A stretch of DNA of 64,000 nucleotides from the human T2T-CHM13v2.0 reference genome, Homo sapiens: the NCBI RefSeq assembly GCF_009914755.1, contig NC_060931.1. One strand, written 5' to 3'. Made by a program: the position numbers and the translations under genes. Numbering within the stretch: position 1 is the stretch's first letter; every line of letters begins with the position of its first letter. Below the pieces are notes generated by a model. That model did no database searches, was not told the DNA's origin, and worked only from the letters and a program-made list of their open reading frames with translations. This document shows, piece after piece, positions 57,107-64,000 of the stretch.

Positions 57107-59697
57107 CTTCCACTTTTCATTATATTTTGCATAGAAGTTACTGCATTGGTCTGATGAGAAAGAAAAACTGCTTTAAATTCAGGCCATTTCTTCCATCAAG
57201 TAAAAAAAAAAAAAATTCTCCCTGGAGTAAAGCTTTTTGCCAGTAGGGTTCTGTAGCTTGTGGGATGTACTAGGAAAAGGTGCACAAAAATGTGAAGCAC
57301 ATGAATGAAAGAATCCGTCTTTTAGCCTGTGTGTGAAAAGCCTGGTTTCTTTTTCATACTGTTATAGGAAGTATTTCAGATTTTATACATATTTGCTTTT
57401 TTCCATTTTGAAGTGGTTGCTCTGTGTATTCTTCCCAAAGGTATTTAAAATGAGAATACTTCTGTGGAATGTAAATATTAAGATTGATGTCTAAAGGTCA
57501 TTTTTAAAATTTAAAACATCTGCTCTCCTTCATACTTAAATATTTATTGAACAGAAGTTGTATAAGCTGATGATGAGTCTTGATCTGGAATAGACCCTAG
57601 TCTGTGATACCAACACAGATTTGAATGAAGCTTGCCAAGGTTAGCACCTACTAGGTAAGTTCTACCAGCTGGGGGTAGACATCATCAGAGGTTTCCTCAT
57701 TTTTCCATACCTTGTGTCTTTATAATGAATAGCTTATGCAGGCATCTTTGTTTTTGCCTTTCCCTGTAATACCACACATGCACGGCTGTGTTGTTGGGAA
57801 CTTCCAGGAAAAGCTTGTTCAGGTAAGTAGACCGGGAGAGCAGAAATTGAACTAATTTGTACTACCGAGTAACTGTGCTGTGTTGCTTCTTTGTCCCTAG
57901 ATCCAATTCATTGGCCTCAGTGGATTCTGTGCTCCTAAGTCCCAGCGACAGAACATCTACTTAGTCATTGATATTGGGCCTTCTGCCTTTGTTGGAAATG
58001 GTTGCTCTGTGTATTTATATTTTTTGTTCATTCATCGTAATGATCCTGTTTCTAGATCCTCTCTGATTTGGTATTAATTGTAAACTTGCTGAGCAGAGAA
58101 GTTGTTTAAGATGGCTCTAATATGACACCTTGGTCCTTGATTTATTTTGCTGCTTTTTAAAATGGACTTATAGTATAAAGAGGCTAGTGTAAGAAATATC
58201 ATTGAGGAGGCACAAGTATGTTGTTGGAATTAAGTCTTTTGGGTGAGGAGATAAAAGAAGATTTAGGTAGGTCATGTAATTAAAGGGATGTCCATGACAT
58301 GTGGATGTTCAAGAGGTGGGAAGGAAGGAAGACTGGATGACTGTGATTAGAGTCTGCTTCAGGGTAGAGAGCTTACCTTTTATTATCTTTGTGCCATAGG
58401 GCTTGGCACTGTGCCTGATGTGTAGGTGTTCATTATATGATTTTGTGAAGCAGTCAAAGATGGAATAACTATCAAATAAGATGTTAAGAGTAATCTCTAA
58501 GGTTAAGAGGAAAAAGTAATGATTACATTATAAATACTAAGGAAACAGAAGCAGCAAAGAGGAATAGAAGGCAAATAAGGATTTTAAAAAAACAGTTAAA
58601 ACATACCCATTTAACTTGAATTGAATGTCGTTTGATTACAAATTAAACGTAGTAAACTGACAATATGTATTTGATATTAAACTTCTTTACAGTAGTAAAT
58701 ATTAGGTATTGAAATCAAACCTATTTTTTAACCATAAAAATACAGGACTTTTAATATGCCCCTTGTCTAGACCAACTGAACTTTATTTTACTTTAATTTG
58801 AAGTTTGTATTGGATAAAATATTTTGGTATCTTAATAATCAGATACCAGATTTTTACTAATTAAAATAACTATAATTGAATTTTCTTTTTGAATATTTTA
58901 CCATTCAATGTAGTATTAACATTTAATATTATAAGTTAACTGATAAACTGCATGCATAGGAATTTGTGTGCATTAATTAAGGACTGTCATGTAAGTGTTC
59001 TTAAACTGAAGAGTTAATTGATTAAAAATTGAAAATATTCAAATGAGAACATGCTGAGAAAATATTTCATGGGAAAATGGATCAGGTGAAGGTTTGTGAG
59101 CAAGAAACTATGAATGCCTTTTAGGTGTGAATGATAAGGGATTAAAAATCATTTAAGACTTGTATGCTTATATATCTTATCTGTGTGTGGATCTGGAACA
59201 GCTAAGCTGCTACTTCAACTAAGACCAGACATGATATGTGAGTTATATAATCTTATGTGATCAGAATAATTCTTCCCAAAAGAAATTTTGATTGCTGTTT
59301 CCCTGCTTATGACACCCTGTTGCCTACAAGATGACACTCAACTCAGGCGGGCACACAGGACCCTTCATGATTGCCCTTTGTCTTGCTTTCAGCCTTATCT
59401 ACACTTCATCTTTCACCTGTGCTCCTTCCTTGTCCCCCACTTTCCCCAGATTTCTTGTAGGGAATTTTCTGTATTCCTTTAAATATGTTGTAATATTTTC
59501 TACCTCATTTATTTGCTCAGGCTGCTCTTTCTGCCTTGAAATCCCCTGACATTATGAGGTCCTAAAAATATAACTTGAAAAATATTTAATGGTTTCTTTG
59601 GCGTCATACCATGTGTATTAAAAGTAATAAACAATTGAAATGTATATTCTCTACCTTGGTAACAATGGGTAAGAGTATAGAAATGACTTACTCATAT

Positions 59698-61460
<1,763 letters not shown>

Positions 61461-61644
61461 TAGATTTAAAGTAGGAGACAACTTTGGAAATAATGATAGT
61501 TTTATTCCCCTTTTCTTCTTTGTTAAAAAGAAGACATGACTTACCTGAGGAAATTCTTAGCTTTAATATCTACAGTCGCTATAACATGAGAAAATTGTCA
61601 TTGAACGAGATAGCACTTTTTGCATTGTGGTGCTAAAAAAAAAT

Positions 61645-61773
61645 CTTTATTTTTGTAGAGATGGGGTCTTGCTGTGTTGGCCAGCCTTGTCTTGAACTCC
61701 TGTCCTCAAGCAGTTCTCCTGCCTTGGCCTCCCAAAGTGTTGGGATTACAGGTGCGAGCTACTGTATTTGGCC
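61645..61773 (-). mobile_element. FLAM_C / Alu left monomer
   Basis: ttttgtagagatggggtcttgc...cccaaagtgttgggattacagg. Confidence 0.85.
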
Positions 61774-62019
61774 TAAAAAATCGTTTTATAAAGCATCAGA
61801 TTTCAGTGCAGTTACAATGTGCTTTCTTCCTTTAGCTTTTCGGATGTTACATAGTGCCTTTGAATTATATGGAGCTGAACTGCCCCATGTGAGATTTTCT
61901 ATAAACCTAGAAGTAATTTCAGAATAAAAATTTTACACAATTATATGTCTGAAACAAAATTGGTGAAAGTTCTGTTACTCTAATTCTTGTAGAATATCTA
62001 AATAGTATTAAAAGAATCA

Positions 62020-62378
<359 letters not shown>

Positions 62379-63609
62379 AAAAAAAGTGTTGCATGGGTAT
62401 GTCAATTAAAAAAAGTACTTAAAGAAAATTAGCTGATTCGTGCTACTTGATGTTTTACTTGATGTTTGTTCTGATAGGTAGGATTAATTCTACTTAAAAT
62501 TATACTGTTCTGGTACTACATTTTATAAGTGTTTACATGCTCATTTTAATTTCCTGCTAATTGCAATGATAGCACAATAATGAATTCTACCTATAAATTA
62601 CATTATCTACTATTAAAATACAGTTTCTTGGTTGTGACACTTTATGCTACTCCACAAAGAGGGAAAATACTTTTGTAAATGAAAGGAAGAGCAGAATGGT
62701 GGTGGGTTTTTCTGACTGTTATTTAACATGTGGATAGATTCTTCATACATAGATAATATGCATCATGGGTGAGTCACCAAATTTTAATAAGAAAACCAAT
62801 TATTTGTGTATATTTTGAAAGATGATGCCTCATAATTTTATTCCTCCTTTGATCAGATAGAACATTTTGTTTAGTAAAATTTCAGAAGACAGATTCCTGC
62901 TTCCTGATTGGCATCAATTATCTTACAACACCCCCAATTTTTTTGGAAATGTATGCCTGCCAACTCTTTATTTGAAGAGTTATTTGCTTGCTTTGGCAAA
63001 ATTGACTCTTGATGAGTGTTCCCCTCTTCTAGCATTTGCTACTCACTAAATTTTCCTCGTGTGTGCTGATGGTGGTAAAAACTCTTGTCACCTTTCTAAT
63101 CTGTTTGGTAAACCTTATCTTTGATACTTCATTATGTAACCATGGGTTCTCAGTTCTCTCTCGACTCTTACCCTGCAGCTTTGTAGTTACAAGGGGAAAT
63201 ATGACAGTGAGAAAGGAAGAAAATCCACAGAGAGAGAAGAGACTGTGCACTGAACTTTTTCATTAAAACTTTTATAAACTATAAATAGCTCCTTCCACCT
63301 TTAGTCAAAGGAAATATCAAGAAGGCCTGTAGGGTAGCTCCCTATGGCTGTTTAAAAAGTGTTTGATTTTTATGGAATAGTGCAAAAGCAAATTGCAAAG
63401 TCAATAGAAACAGGAATACTGGAGAAGAATTGACAGGAACTGATAAAATTAAGGAGTGACTGAGAAAATGAGTCTGACAGCCCATGGCTGATACAGAAGA
63501 AAGTGCCAGGCTGATCTGAACCAAGAGAACCAAGACAAGTACAAGCCCTCCTGCAGAAGTACAGGACCCAGGATGGGAGTCTGTGGTTCCTAACAGCTTA
63601 GTGCCTGAT

Positions 63610-63830
63610 CACACTTAAACATACATTATGCTTATCACTGGATTGCAATAACGCTTGCTTTACTGAACACTATTCTAAGTAGTTTGTACATCATTTAGCC
63701 CTGCAGCAACCCTCTTAGGTATAGGAACTATTCTAAGTATTCCCATAAGATTGGTACCTTGCCCAAGGCTTGGATCAGGAACACAGATTTGTCTGATCCT
63801 TGAGTTTACATTATTCTTAATCTAGCTGTT
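63610..63830 (-). mobile_element. MIR fragment
   Basis: tactgaacactattctaagt...cagcaaccct...ccttgcccaagg. Confidence 0.5.
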
Positions 63831-64000
63831 CTGCATCTGACTTTATGTTGAAGTTAGTGCCCCAGTGCACCTGTTTATATGGCTTCATCTGTGATGTTTT
63901 CTCTTTCCTCCTTATCAAACCTGTTTTAAACCTTAGAGTTCTGAGTTAAATAACCTTGGTGGGTGTGGCAGGAAATCTCTGAAACAAGGTGGATCCATGC

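Noticed and set aside
57883-58010. Acceptor-like ctttgtccctag followed by an open frame, with nearby GTAAGT donors at ~57655 and ~57823
   Set aside because: The signals do not pair into a coherent exon and the translation is unrecognisable.

Overview
Primate, almost certainly human, AT-rich genomic DNA with no host protein-coding exon that I can support. It is most likely a long intron of a gene transcribed on the + strand. This is inferred from the T-over-A excess seen by eye and the mostly minus-strand L1s and Alus; I cannot name the gene. The window is dominated by interspersed repeats: (1) the 5' 4.57 kb of a minus-strand L1PA3-5-type LINE-1 with an intact 5'UTR, open ORF1, nonsense-truncated ORF2 and truncated ORF0; (2) three 5'-truncated L1PA copies with clean target-site duplications (TSDs); (3) older L1M, L2 and MIR copies; (4) about 15 Alu/FLAM/FRAM copies; (5) MaLR LTRs (THE1A, MSTA, MLT1) and ERVL LTR33/41-like LTRs; (6) DNA-transposon relics and microsatellites. 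I found no convincing novel biological system. Structures not explained by the repeat annotation are a perfect 46-bp inverted repeat enclosing a locally templated insert (4931-5126), a nested-palindrome hairpin (21499-21568) and several ancient short-range duplications (9.6/11.7 kb, 15.6-16.3/17.5 kb, 18.9/19.7 kb). The large L1 is also notable because it could still make ORF1p, an endonuclease-only ORF2p and ORF0-spliced antisense transcripts. Subfamily calls come from recalled consensus sequences, not from a database search.
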